A DNA stretch of 64,000 bases from the NCBI RefSeq assembly GCF_006345805.1, contig NC_043000.1, positions 164,548,001 through 164,612,000 on the forward strand. Direction: 5' to 3'. The notes below the pieces were generated by a model. That model worked only from the letters and a program-made list of their open reading frames with translations, did no database searches and was not told the origin of the DNA. The position numbers and the translations under genes were made by a program. This DNA is from Octopus sinensis (taxonomy: Eukaryota). Within the stretch, counting starts at the first letter, position 1. Every line of letters starts with the position of its first letter. This document shows positions 9,641-21,600 of this stretch, one piece after another.

Positions 9641-10538
9641 AAATCATGCTCAAAATTCACTTCACAGAGAGCTTTGTTTTTACCTTGCTCGCTCACTAAT
9701 ATAGATTCCTCATATTGTGCACAGAGAACAATTGTAAGGGGAACGTTTAGTCAAATGAACGGTGGCTGATTCTGAATTTCCCCGACCGTCTAATTATGAG
9801 TTATCGAACCTCATTCATCAATCATCAGAAATGCAAATTGAGCCTTCAGCATTATAATACAGATATATTTAGACCAGAGCTGTCGTCTTGATTGCTTTAA
9901 ATCGTAACATTTCGGTCGTTGTATCTTCCGACCTTCTTCGAATGCTTGATAATAAAGAACTATTCAATTATAGGAGTCGTTTCTTCACTCTCAAAATCGT
10001 GGAGAACCATTCATTGTACCCATTTCCTCCAAGAAATGGAAGAGCTAGCAATCCTCCAAGGAAGAAAAGAAAAACAGAAAAGAAAAGAAAGAAAAAAGAA
10101 ATAAAGGGATGCCGACTTGTAGTGTGGCACGAAATTGTCTTTAAAAATTATTGCAGCCCTAATTTGAGATCTTCTACCTGTGTCAAAAGTCTATTTAAGC
10201 ATACGACTACAATTCAGCATTTAGAGTCTATTAATTCAATCTAAATACCTGACTGTTTCTTAATTTTCGAAAGAATGCAATGTAAAGACTTCTTTTCTAT
10301 CTGTTATAGTTTCCTTAAAATTTAGAATACATTATAATAACCAACCTCTGTTTATAGTTGATATCTATTTTGTCAATCCAGGAAAGATAGAATCAAAGTC
10401 GATAGCTGAAAACTTAAAAATACACTGAAGCATTTTGTTTCACAGCCTCATAATTGTTATTTATCTTAGGTCAGACAAGATCGAATAGACCTATAATTTA
10501 AGATATTTCAATAGTGACCATCCGATATTTTTCCACGG

Positions 10539-10820
10539 ACAGTTTGTAAGAACCACAAGGTTGCAGTTTTCAAGAGCTTAAGTAGTGACAGAAAGAGATT
10601 TGACTGCTGTTTCTAATAGCCCGAGCATACATACGACCTGCACTTCCGCGTCAGTATAGTTAGAGTTACCTCCCTTACTATTTCGCTATTTCTGATCAAT
10701 TAACGTTAAGGTGTTATAAAGAGTAATTCGTCAGACGTCATATTCACGTATTATCCGGCTAGGTTCTGTGCAACAGATTCATATACATACATATATATAT
10801 ATATATACATACATACACAC

Positions 10821-10882
<62 letters not shown>

Positions 10883-10969
10883 GATATATATATATATATA
10901 TAATATATATATATATATATACCTATATATATATATATATAATACATACATACACACATACATACATAC

Positions 10970-11027
<58 letters not shown>

Positions 11028-11109
11028 GTATGTGTGTATGTATGTCAAATCTCTTTCTGTCACTACTTAAGCTCTTGAAAACTGCAACCTTGTGGTTCTT
11101 ACAAACTGT
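10539..11109. repeat. Perfect 66-bp inverted duplication bracketing a (TACA)/(TA)/(TATG) microsatellite
   Basis: 10539-10604 is the exact reverse complement of 11044-11109; microsatellite at about 10780-11043. Confidence 0.93.
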
Positions 11110-11282
11110 ATAGGTATTATTCAGTCAGGGCCACTTATTGGATATGGAGGCGGTGTATTATACATTGATAATCTTGATGAGGATTAAGGCATCAAGAGAT
11201 TAATAATACCATATAATCATTCTTCTTTATCTCGTTCCCAAACACACACACACACACATATCATCACCACCACCATCATCAT

Positions 11283-11313
<31 letters not shown>

Positions 11314-11739
11314 ATCAATGTCCGTTTTCTATGCTGTCATGGGTTGGCTCGACTGACAGAAACTGACCAGCTGAAGACCTGAAGGGCTGTTCAGGCTCCT
11401 ATTTGTTTCGGTATGGATTCTACGGGTGGATGCCCTTCCTAACGCCAATATGCATAGACATATAATCATATTGGTTTGGTTTGATGACACTGGCGCAACA
11501 TGGCTTGGCAGAGGCGTACAGTTTTTATACTCACACCCAGGAGTAGTTAAGTCCATTACATCGACCCCAGTACTCAACTGGTACTTATTTTATCGACCCT
11601 GGAAAGATGAAAGGCAAAGTCGACCTCAGAACGTTAGGACAAACGAAATACGACTAAGCATTTCACCCGGTGTGGTAACAATTCTACCAGCTTGCCACCC
11701 TGAAACCATTATGATCTCAGGCTCAAATTCATGACCTAC

Positions 11740-11794
11740 ACATTGGATCATCCTTGGTGGAGAGAACATGCTGAGGGCTTCGTTCTGCAGTGAA
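11740..11794 (-). other. Candidate 55-nt exon of a minus-strand transcript
   Basis: Minus strand: TTTTTCTTTTTCTTTTTGCCCACATTCAG|TTCACTGCAG...ATCCAATGT|GTAGGT. Two frames are open (SLQNEALSMFSPPRMIQC or FTAERSPQHVLSTKDDPM); no protein family recognised. Confidence 0.4.
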
Positions 11795-12246
11795 CTGAAT
11801 GTGGGCAAAAAGAAAAAGAAAAACTCTGTGTGTGTGTGTGTGTTTGTGTTTAGTAAACTTTCTGATTAGAAGAACATGATTTCATATGAAATTGTCAGAT
11901 AAATAATCTTGGCTGAGAGTTGATCTTAATTTAAAGTGTTTTAAAATGATACCTACTCCGTGACTTTATATTGGGTGTGCTCTTTTTTCTAACTTGTGAA
12001 TCAATTCAACAATACATAATACATACATACATACATACACACACACACAAAAATCTTGAAAAATTCAATATCTTGGGATTTGTAGTCTTGCCAGCTATTG
12101 TTTGTTTGTGTGTGTGTGAGTGTGTGTATCAGACTTCTTTCAGTTTTCATCTGCTAAATCCACTCTCAAGGCTTTGGTCAACTATTTTACGGTATGTACT
12201 GAGTGTTTTTTTTCAGTGCCACCAACATTATTGAGGTAGACATGTA

Positions 12247-13150
12247 TGGGGTCATTCCATAAATAATGCGGTTTTTTTTTCAATTGCATGAAATAAAAGT
12301 CAGCAGGGACGGGACAAGGCTATAATGGAAGTGACAAAGGAGCATATTCAGCATATTTTGCTTTATAAGTTCAATAAAGGCAACAATGCAACGGAAAGTG
12401 TGAGGAATATCAATGCAGTCTATGGGGATCAGACAATAAGCGTAAGCCAGTGTCAACGGTGGTTCCAGAAATTCTGAGCCTGAGACTACAGCATAGAAGA
12501 TGAGTTTCATCCTGGAAGATCTGTAGGAGCTTGATGAGGACATCCTGCAAACTCTGGTAGAACAAAATCCCATTGTAACTGTTGAGGAACTAACAGAGAA
12601 GCTTGGATTTAGTCATTCAGCCATTCATCAACACCTGCGTAACATCGGAAAAGTCAGAAAACTGGGTCAATGGGTGCCTCATAAACTTTCCAAGTCTAAT
12701 CATGTGCTCTACTTTGCTGTCACATCTCACGAATGAACCTTTTTTGGACTGAATAGTGGTTGATGATGAGAAATGGGTTCTCTGTAAAAATGTCAAGTGC
12801 CGAAGACAGTTAGTAGGGAAAGGAGAAACACCGACACCCCAAGCTAAAGAAGGTCTTCACCCACATAAGATGTTGTTATCTGTTTGGTGGGATATGAAAG
12901 GTTTAGTCCACTTTGAGCTTTTAAACCCAAGCCAAACAATAACAAAGGATATCAATTGTGAGCAGCTTTGAGTGGCTTAAGTCAGTGCTAGAAGAAAAAC
13001 GACCACCTTTGGTTTCAAGACCAAAGGTGTTTTTCCATCAGGATAATGCTTGGCCAATACAGTGAGGATGACATTCCAAAGGGTGGAGCAGTCTGAATGG
13101 GAAACGATGCCCCACCCACCATATTTGCTGAACATTGCCAAATCTGATTG
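12247..13150 (+). mobile_element. Mariner transposase pseudogene, 3'-truncated
   Basis: MEVTKEHIQHILLY...CQRWFQKF, WVPHKL, DDEKWV, KMLLSVWWD, HQDNAWP, PHPPY motifs across frames with stops. Confidence 0.88.
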
Positions 13151-13479
13151 GAAATGAGGATTATGACGATGATGATGATGATGCTTACAAGGTAATATTA
13201 GCATTACCGTTAATTCCTTTTTATATATAGTGCTGCAAATAGACCTACACATGTTTCTACTTCACTGATTAGTGACCCTACTATAATACTGATGCAGGGT
13301 CTTCAATTTATATATATACATATAATAAAGTATAAGGAAAGGAAAAATTGTAAGTATAGACGAACTTTAATTCACATATATATACATATATTATATGTAT
13401 ATGTATGTAGTATTCTTTTATTAGTTGAAGCTTGAGAGCTGCAGTTATGCTAGGGCACTGCCATTAGTTTTATTACACT

Positions 13480-13727
13480 TTAATCACTTGTAAATCTCCT
13501 CCTATACGTGGCATTTGGTGAAAAGGGGAGTTGGTGTTGTTCCCCTAATTTGCATTTCTTGCTGCAAGGTAGGTTTATATGGGACTCATGACAAGTGGAG
13601 ATCCAGGTTTGTTTTGAAGATATCTACATCTCCACCATTTAGGTCTTTCAGACTTTTTGGGAGAATATTGAAGAGGAGGATATTGAAAGAGCTGTGTAGA
13701 TCCTTGAAACCCAAGCTGTTGCAGTAT
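13480..13727 (-). mobile_element. 3' end fragment of a CR1-group LINE
   Basis: LFNILPKSLKDLNGGDVDIFKTNLD (ORF 13586-13819) parallels the ORF2 C-terminus of the 30.6-kb LINE (LFNIVPREIKEEKDPINFKQSLD). Confidence 0.65.
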
Positions 13728-14002
13728 CTTTTTTTCACGCTGAGAGTTGCTGAAGCATGGAACAAACTGCTGGCATCAGTTGTTAGTTGTCGGAGCACTG
13801 CATCCTTCAAAACTTGCATGCTTCCTGAGATTCGCCAACACTACACCTGATTTTCTCCCCTCCATACACACACAAGCATGTATCTGACTCATACATTGTT
13901 CGCTTTCCAGACATTTCTACATTACTGCATGTACTTTATACGCACTTTCTGACAAGTTGTGGTGCACCTGAGCACTGTATACAATTAATTTCATTATTAT
14001 TA
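13728..14002 (+). mobile_element. Short 5'-truncated copy of the LINE family at 1861-4310
   Basis: FFTLRVAEAWNKL..SVV.C..TASFK..ML.EIR..YT* and the same 3'UTR end and ATT tail. Confidence 0.88.
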
Positions 14003-14069
14003 TCTGATCTTGTATCTTGATGGTGATGTTTTGTATATATACATATATATATGTTGGAACATGAATATT

Positions 14070-15050
14070 TGTTGCTATGGGGAAATCAATCAGAAGGAAA
14101 TTCATTCCATATGACTGCACTCAAGAGTGTCTGGAAATTCTAGGGCACTATTTTTCTACATTGATGTGACATATGACTTCACTTGGAAAATCCATATGTA
14201 TTTGTGCTCATGTAATCTTTTCCTGCTGGAATGTGCAAAAGAATTTGTAATGTGCTACTTTAGTTCGATATTCATGTTAATTTATCACCAAGAAATTCAT
14301 GGACAACTTGCAAGCACTAGAGACCGACATTGTAATGGCGTATACAATTTCACCACTACTTTTTGTTATGGCTATGGTGCAGGTATTGAAATGGGTAAGA
14401 AGCTTCTCACAAGGGATGAAAAACGAAAGACAACTGGTACTCCCTCCAACTTTTAATGACAATATTGCTGCACTAGTAAAAACAAGGACAGAGGCAAAAC
14501 CTATTTTAGTCCAATTGGATATGATATTCTAGCAATGTTGTGTGCATGTCTGTTGTGTGGATGCCTCCAGACGATGAAGTAGGCTAGCCCAATATGTAGA
14601 TATAAAGGGAAAAGCCTAGACCTCAGTAAAGTAGTAGATGAAGAGCACAGTAGAGTAGTAGCAGTTGGAGTAGAGTTGAGTAGAAGGCATCCGAACGTGC
14701 GACATAACAATATCAAAACCAAAAGAATTTGCAGTCTAATCATAATGCACTTTAAAACAGAGGTGGAGTAGATTCTAGTTATCAAGACGCAGACAGTTAA
14801 GAGTTTTAGTTGTGTCTACACTGTATCCATAAATGTTGCCAAGATACTGGGCTTGAGGCCAAGCTGAGCCATAGACAATAGCATCTAAGTTCAAGATGAA
14901 ATGTTACTCACACGTCATTTTGCTCAGGCTTTTAAAGCCACTCAAAGGACATGAAATATCTTTCACAAGAGTTGAAAAAAAAGCTAACTCCATCTGTCAT
15001 TGACATCACTGGTGGTGGAGTTTAAAGGAGTAAAAGCCTACTGCCATGCA
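14070..15050 (+). mobile_element. Highly decayed HERO/NeSL-like non-LTR retrotransposon RT fragment
   Basis: ORF 14299-14532 LETDIVMAYTISPLLFVMAM...LPPTFNDNI...LVQLD resembles GI.MGCTISP.LFVMAM...LPP.RAFMDD of RLE-type elements (from recall). Confidence 0.55.
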
Positions 15051-15637
15051 TTACTATGGAATTGTGAGGATTTCATTGTTACTCATCCAATAGTGTTGAC
15101 AGAAAAGAATGAGAAAAGCTGTTGAAGTGGCATGTTCCAACTTGAAAATGAATGAGAAGATCTGAGCTTTGTGGAAAACATGGGATAGAAAATAATGGCA
15201 GGTGAGATATTGCCAGATTGAGGTTCAGCCCCTTGAGATAGATATTCATTACTTCCTCCTGTCTCTTTCTCCAGCTGCTTGAAATCAGTATCATCACCTC
15301 CTCCCCTTGTGAAATCAAGGAAGTCATGTGACGAAGAGGTGAAGACCAATCTCAAGACCAACCCCACAAAGGAGACGACAAAACACTATGATTGGTGGTG
15401 AAGAACTGTTGACAGAACCTGCTCAACTCATGCTAGCATAAAAGTTACGAGTATAATTATGATAGCCATAGACACGGAGATGGAGATGTTATAATACTTT
15501 CACTTGGCTCTCTCTCAACCATTATCTTTTATCATTTACTTGTTCCAGTCATTAGACTGCAGCCATGCTGGGGCACCACCTTGAATTTTTAGCTGAATGA
15601 ATCAACTCTAGTACTTCTGTTTTAAGCTAGGTACTTA

Positions 15638-16513
15638 CGAGGTCTGAACAATAAGTATCCAGACTGTTGCCATAGTAACGAAACTAAAGCACACAGAGTG
15701 AAGCTGCTTAGCAAAGATTGACCTTAAACTCTGCTGTGCATTTGCACTAAGTTTTAACGTTCTAGTTTACTTCTGCTGTTTACAGCAGTGCTTGGAAGGA
15801 AGGTGTGTAGCATATGATCATCGCATTGACCATGACAGAGAAAGTTGTCATGGCGATACCTGCTCAGAGGCCTGCACAAAGTAGCAGAAAGTGTATGAGC
15901 TGCACACAAGTGTACAAGTGGTTCAGACGTTTCCAAGATGGCCGAAAAAATGTCAATATTGACAAACGTTCTGAGAGACCCATAACCAACAGAACTGAGA
16001 AAAACATCACAGATGTATGTGTGCAGCTGTGAGGAGAAATCATCGAATCACCATCTGTGAGTTATCAGATGTGCAGATTAGTTACAGTTCAGTTCAGTCC
16101 ATTATCACTGAAGATTTGGATATGAGATGCATGTCTGCCAAGTTTGTGCCAAAACTGCTCTCAGCTGACCAAAAAGACACTTGGGTTTCAGTTACACAAG
16201 ACCTTGATTGTGTCAAGAACAATAAAATTTTTTGAAAACTTTGCATAGGCCTCTGAGCAGCTATCACCAAGTTTTTGGCAAAATTTGATGCAGATCTTCT
16301 GCTCAACTTTCTCTGTCATCATCAGTGCAACAATCACATGTTACACACCTTCCTTCCAAGTATTGCTGTAAACAGCAGAATTGAGCTAGAACATTAAAAC
16401 TTAGTGTGCATGCACAGCAGAGTTCAAGGTTAATCTGTGCCAAGTGGCGTTACACTGTGTGCTTTAGCTTTGTTATTATAGCAACAGCCCAGATACTTAT
16501 TTATCAGACCACG
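15638..16513 (+). mobile_element. Mariner-derived foldback element with long inverted arms, nested in a SINE
   Basis: TA-flanked. 15638-15880 is an imperfect inverted copy of 16238-16513 (5' end plus start of transposase, MTEKVEQKICIKFC). The middle encodes YKWFRRFQDGR and SAKFVPKLL. SINE family B sequence continues on both sides. Confidence 0.85.
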
Positions 16514-16756
16514 TATACTACCAGTCGTATTTGCTAAACTGCTAAATTACAGGAATGCAAACACACCCACACCAGTCGTCAAGTAGTGGTGGTGGGGGGG
16601 GACATACAAACACAGATAGAAAGACACACACTCATAGATGTACATATGTACATAAATATATATAGGGAGAATTCACAAAAAAAAACAAAAGACCAAGACA
16701 GGTGCTGTAAGACAACAAACAGATGTATTAGTTTAACACTCAGGAAGTGAAAAAGT

Positions 16757-16792
16757 CTTTAATGTTTCGAGCCTATGCTCTTCCACAGAAAG
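16757..16792 (-). ncRNA. Variant or degenerate minimal hammerhead motif within a short TA-flanked repeat (about 16664-16850)
   Basis: Minus strand: CUUU-CUGUGGA-A-GAGC-auag-GCUC-GAAA-CA-UU-AAAG. Stems I and II are intact but core A6 is U and stem III is imperfect. Confidence 0.5.
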
Positions 16793-16907
16793 AAACACAG
16801 AAAGAAACAAAGAGAGAAAATAAAGAATGTGTAGTGATTAGCAATCTGTCATATATATATATATATATAAACACTTCATTCATATATTTATATACATATA
16901 TATTACA

Positions 16908-17139
16908 TCTATAGATTACCTTTAATAAATTAGCCTTTATTAAGTTCACCTTTAAAATGCCAAGATGAGTCAACCTCCAACAATCTCTCCCTCCTCCAGC
17001 TGACAATTTTTTGTACATTTTTGCGACAGAAAATGCATCTTTTGTGGCAGTTATAATGAACTTTCTTTCTTATATCAGAGTAATAAGGCGTTTCAATAGA
17101 ACATCTTCACTCCCGGGAAGTACTGGGTATACCAGCTAG
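16908..17139 (+). mobile_element. Non-autonomous Helitron-like element
   Basis: 3' end CCCGGGAAGTACTGGG hairpin followed by CTAG|T at 17136-17140; putative A|TC 5' end at 16908 (uncertain). Confidence 0.55.
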
Positions 17140-17259
17140 TATTTACATATATAAATGTTATATATGTATATATTTAAATGTACACACAAGTAAGCACATA
17201 AATGCAAAACAAGGTGGAAATAATAGTACTCGAATACTGAAGGTAGAATAATAAGCTCT

Positions 17260-17417
17260 TTATTAAAGAGGCAAAAACATCAGAAAAAGCATGACTCAGA
17301 AATCCAAGTTCTCATTCGTTGGATAGTTGTGATCAAGTCTTGATCCTAACTGTCTGATGAATGAGAACATGAAACTCTGAGTAGCAGTGTTTTCTGATGT
17401 TTTTGAAGCTTTAATAA
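17260..17417. mobile_element. Penelope-like inverted pseudo-LTR pair (about 78-bp diverged arms, centre 17338)
   Basis: TTATTAAAG...AAAAACATCAGAAAA...GTTCTCATTC...GATCAAG | CTTGATC...GAATGAGAAC...TTTTCTGATGTTTTT...CTTTAATAA; the right arm holds a hammerhead. Confidence 0.75.
17349..17388 (+). ncRNA. Minimal type I hammerhead ribozyme motif with intact core
   Basis: ACUGU-CUGAUGA-AUG-agaa-CAU-GAAA-CUC-u-GAG-UA-GCAGU: stems I, II and quasi-palindromic III all form; predicted cleavage after GUA (17383). Confidence 0.8.
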
Positions 17418-18027
17418 AAAGTATATTTAAATGTATATAGTTATAGGGTAGTAGGATCCGAAAGATCCTGGTATAGGAAGTTAGTAAGTTCCAAGCATGT
17501 ACACAGTTTAGATAGATGACAAAAGGTGGACAATATATGATAAGGAGAGTTTAATAACCATTGTATGTTGTACATTTTGTCTCATATTGAAATCAATGGG
17601 AATTTTGATAGGCTGGTGGTCAATATACAACTCATGGCTTAACAACTAAAATTGCTGAATATGTGAATAAAAATGTGAGAATGTCAGGAATAGGAAAGAT
17701 AAACAAAGACTACATGGTTCACAGCTAAACAATATTTGTGAAATCGGTGAATCATTTTTTCATCTCCACATGATGATATAAACAACTCGAAAGTAATTGG
17801 ACTTGAGAAATAGCTAGCTTAAATGGGTTTTGCATATGTTAAAAGTTATGTAAACAAATAACTATGAAATATATGTAGTCTTTATTTACCTTTTCTGTTC
17901 TTTACATTCTTGGATTATAAATGTATATGTACATATATCCCATAGGGGATCAATGCTAGATGTGTTGAAACAATTGTCATGATTGATAAGAAATTCTAGT
18001 ATATTCCATCTTCCGTCTTTCATTTGC

Positions 18028-18085
<58 letters not shown>

Positions 18086-18527
18086 CAAAAGGATGTGTTA
18101 TAATACAGTTCCACATATATCAAAACAACCATACCAACAATCCAACATACCTCCATCATCAGCTGCCCCAAAGATATCATTATGGTTTCGACACCTGGGC
18201 AGTACCACTAAATCCGGCAGTGTCAACAACACTAAGTATCAGTAAATAAATTCAATACGTAAATCTATAACCAACTCCTAAATATGTAACTAAGCAGCGA
18301 CCAAACCTTTAAGTCATACAGATACACATACATATACAGGCAGGGATATGTACCTTGGGCAAGTACCTTCGACTATATCCTAGGGCCAACCAAGGCCTCG
18401 TGAGTAGATTTAGTAGACAGAAACTAAAAATACTATATGTATGTATGTATGTGTGTATGTGCGCATGCACTGGTGTGTGTGTTTGAGTGTGTATGTGTGA
18501 ATGAATGAATCATCATCATCATTTAAC

Positions 18528-19290
18528 GTCTGTTTTCCTTGCTGGCATAGGTTGGATGGATTGACAGGAGCTGGCCAGTTGGAGAGCTACCTGGGCTCCA
18601 TGTCTGTTTTAGCATGGTTTCTATGGTTGGGTGCCCTTCCTAATATTAACCACTTTATAGAGTGTACTAAGTGCCTTCATGCAGCACCAGCATGGGTGCT
18701 ATTGTGGAGCACTGGCACAGGTACTTTTTATATGGTACCTGCACCCATCAACCTGCAAAATTAGGAATGCTCAACTGAAGAGGGAGGATGATCATGTATT
18801 TACTTAACTTGATGTGTCTTCTCAAGCATAGCAAACTGCTAGAAGTCTTGGTCCCCTATCATCCTCTCAGCAAGACCCATCATCTGAAGGTCCTTTCTCA
18901 CTACTTATTCCCACTTCTTTCTGGGACTACCCCTTCCACACGTTCCCTCCATAATTAGAGCTCAGGACATCTTGATGCAACTGTCCTCATTCATACACAT
19001 TTCCACATAGCCATACCAGCACAGTCTTCTCTCTTGCACACTACATCTGATGCCCCTTATACCCGTTTTTCTCTCAAATTACTGTTATATATGCACACTG
19101 ACATTACCCATCCAACTGAGCATATTGGCTTCATTTCTTCCAAGCCTTTGTCTTTCCTCTGCAGTCACAGCCCATAATTCACTAGCATGCAGCATAGATA
19201 TTCGTACACAGGTACCATACAATCTGCATTTCACTCTGAGAGAGAGGCCCTTCGTTACTAACAGAGGTAATAGCTCTCTGAACTCTTATA
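18528..19290 (-). mobile_element. RTE-clade LINE 3' fragment with (GAT)n-type tail
   Basis: Minus strand encodes degenerate LSLRVKCRLYGTCVR...VQERRLCWYG...GRGSPRRKWE; similar to 42110-42420 and 50400-50880. Confidence 0.7.
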
Positions 19291-19479
19291 TTTTCAACCG
19301 AAACATAATGATCGTATCTAATTTTTCAAGGGCTTAATTTCTGTGTATATACATATATTTACTCGATTTCTGACATTTAACAATGGCTTCTCCCATTGTT
19401 TTGATATGCCATTATCTATTATTAATAAAACTGTGGGCATTTTTTATGACATGGGTATACTAGTAAAATAAGGATTTCA

Positions 19480-19676
19480 CAAGGTCAGCAATTTCGGGAG
19501 AGAGGATAAGTCGATTATATCGACCTCCGTGTATAACCGATATTTATTTTATCGACTCCGAAAGAATGAAAAGCAAAGTCAATGTTGACGGAATTTCAAC
19601 TCAGAACTAAGAACGGACGAAATGCCGCTAAGCATTTTGATCGGCGTGCTAACGATTCTGCCAGCTCGCCGCCTTA
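19480..19676 (-). mobile_element. SINE family A copy
   Basis: Ends ...GATTCTGCCAGCTCGCCGCCTTA, the reverse complement of the family A head. Confidence 0.8.
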
Positions 19677-19715
19677 TGCTAGTAAAATAATAATCGTACT
19701 GTATTAATTCCTTAC

Positions 19716-19771
19716 AGGTTGAGTTGTAAACACTTTTATCAGAAAAGATTACCAGAAAAGTAAACTAGCCT
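19716..19771 (-). other. Candidate 56-nt non-coding exon (minus strand)
   Basis: Minus strand: TTCTTTTTTCTTTTGACTTTCAG|AGGCTAG...CTCAACCT|GTAAGG; stop codons in all three frames. Confidence 0.35.
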
Positions 19772-20140
19772 CTGAAAGTCAAAAGAAAAAAGAACAACAA
19801 TAATAACAATTATTATTATCATTATAATATAACTGGAGACATCTGTAAAATGTTATAAAAATAAATTTGAAAAGATTTTATCAAACACAATATTAAACTG
19901 GTGTATTTACATATGATGCCTTAAACAACTTTTTAGGAATTTACGTATTCGTTTCGTTTACTAGGGAAACCCAAGTTATTTTTGTATTTTGCCCGGATCC
20001 TTTCGCTTTCATTATTAGTTTTATATATACACATACTCCTAAAAGCCCAAGATCGCTTCGAGCTGAAAACAAGAAAGAAAATCAAATAGGAATCCTAAAA
20101 TAAAGAGGTCTGTTTGTGAAAGGCTGCTGAAGGGAAATCG

Positions 20141-20153
20141 GGGTCAAAGGTGA
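20141..20153 (+). promoter_or_regulatory. DR1-type nuclear-receptor element candidate
   Basis: GGGTCA-A-AGGTGA, about 40 bp upstream of the candidate start codon. Confidence 0.3.
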
Positions 20154-20191
20154 AGTGTGGAGGTGTGAATGAAAACGAGGCTGTTACCACC

Positions 20192-20211
20192 ATGGCAAAG
20201 TTGCGACGAAG
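20192..20211 (+). CDS. Candidate first coding exon of an unidentified host gene (MAKLRR..., phase-2 intron)
   Basis: Optimal Kozak context ACCACCATGG followed 20 nt later by a strong donor AAG|GTAAGC, in non-repetitive, CpG-retaining sequence. No downstream exon was identified. Confidence 0.35.
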
Positions 20212-20686
20212 GTAAGCGCTCCTGTCTTGAAACAAACGATTATTACAGAGGGAAACACATAGACATGTCTAATATATATAGATAGATAGATGTAGAGCGT
20301 AAGTAGTTTATGAAAAGGGAAGTATGACAGTAGAAAATATGTTAGAAAGAGAACTGGGAGCAAATAGTAGCAAGAATAATGATGACAGTGATGGCAATGG
20401 ACAACATGAAATCCATTTCGTTATATTCTTGTCTTTCACACACCAAAGCTACCCACGTCTTTTGTTGTCCGTATATCAATGACATACATACATGTATATA
20501 TATATATATTTCAGAAGATATTGATATATAGGGGCCTTCCTTCCTATTTTCTCGTAACTTGCTGTTGTTATCTATATCTACATACATTTACGCATACACA
20601 ATATTTTATGTATGTCATTATTATTATATATCGAAATAACCAACATGAATTATTTTGTATGTCGTGACGGCACACACACACACACA

Positions 20687-20726
<40 letters not shown>

Positions 20727-21509
20727 CGTGTTTGGTGCTGTCAGAGAAATGTACTCAATACCTTAGTTGAGGTTAATATTTTAATCGATCTTCAATCTGG
20801 TGTTACTCTCAGTGTTTCGCCTGTGAATGCATTCTGTGTTCAGACAACTTACGACTGTTATACATCCATTTATATATATATATATATAAATTCAGTCTGA
20901 TGGCTAAAGAAAATACACAGACACACCATTTCTGTTGATATTAGTTCCAGCCCTTATCGAACTCATTTCTAGCGAAAGGCGTCCGCCCCGGGACCATCTC
21001 CTATCTTTCTTATCTTATTTTATATCGGTGACTATATTATCCAATATATTCTATATTTAAGATAGTGAGGTCTGATTTGAGTGAGATTTGGCTACTATTT
21101 CTAACCGTTGGAGCGACACTGTAGAGGTTCCGTCGTTTTCATGTTAGTTTCACTGTTGTAGTTTTTTTAGTATTTCTAGGTTGACCCTGATCAAACAAAC
21201 TCATTATCTAAAAAGAGTCCAGTCATGACCATCTCGTGTGTATTTAATCTATTTTTATTATTAAAAGCGGTTCTATGTAATTTGGTGGAGAGGAACGATT
21301 TCTTGTTTAAGGGTCGCTTCATCGATTGCTTAGAAAGTTTCTCCTGTTGTGAAATGTGATGTGGTGTGAAGAGCTGAGAGAAAGGATAAAGAGGATTGAA
21401 AACAAATGATAGCTGCAAGATTAAGAAGCTGAGTTGCCATATTCTGTCAGAGACACATGACTGAGACATAACTGAAGAAATGCACCCGTGACACTAATAA
21501 CACAGACAT

Positions 21510-21600
21510 GTATACATGACATGTATACGTGTGTGTGTATACATGACATGTATACGTGTGTGTGTATACATGACGTGTATACGTGTGTGTGTGTATACAT
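21510..21600. repeat. About 27-bp minisatellite, 3 copies
   Basis: Unit GTATACATGACATGTATACGTGTGTGT, each containing the near-palindrome GTATACATG-A-CATGTATAC. Confidence 0.85.

Noticed and set aside
15083-15367. Minus-strand 94-aa ORF as a host exon
   Set aside because: Partly antisense to an RTE 3' remnant, no recognisable domain and no convincing splice sites.
18180-18235. Minus-strand GACAC...GTGTC-GAAAC resembling hammerhead stem II plus GAAA
   Set aside because: The 5' core reads GTGTTGT rather than CTGANGA and there is no stem I; too weak to call.
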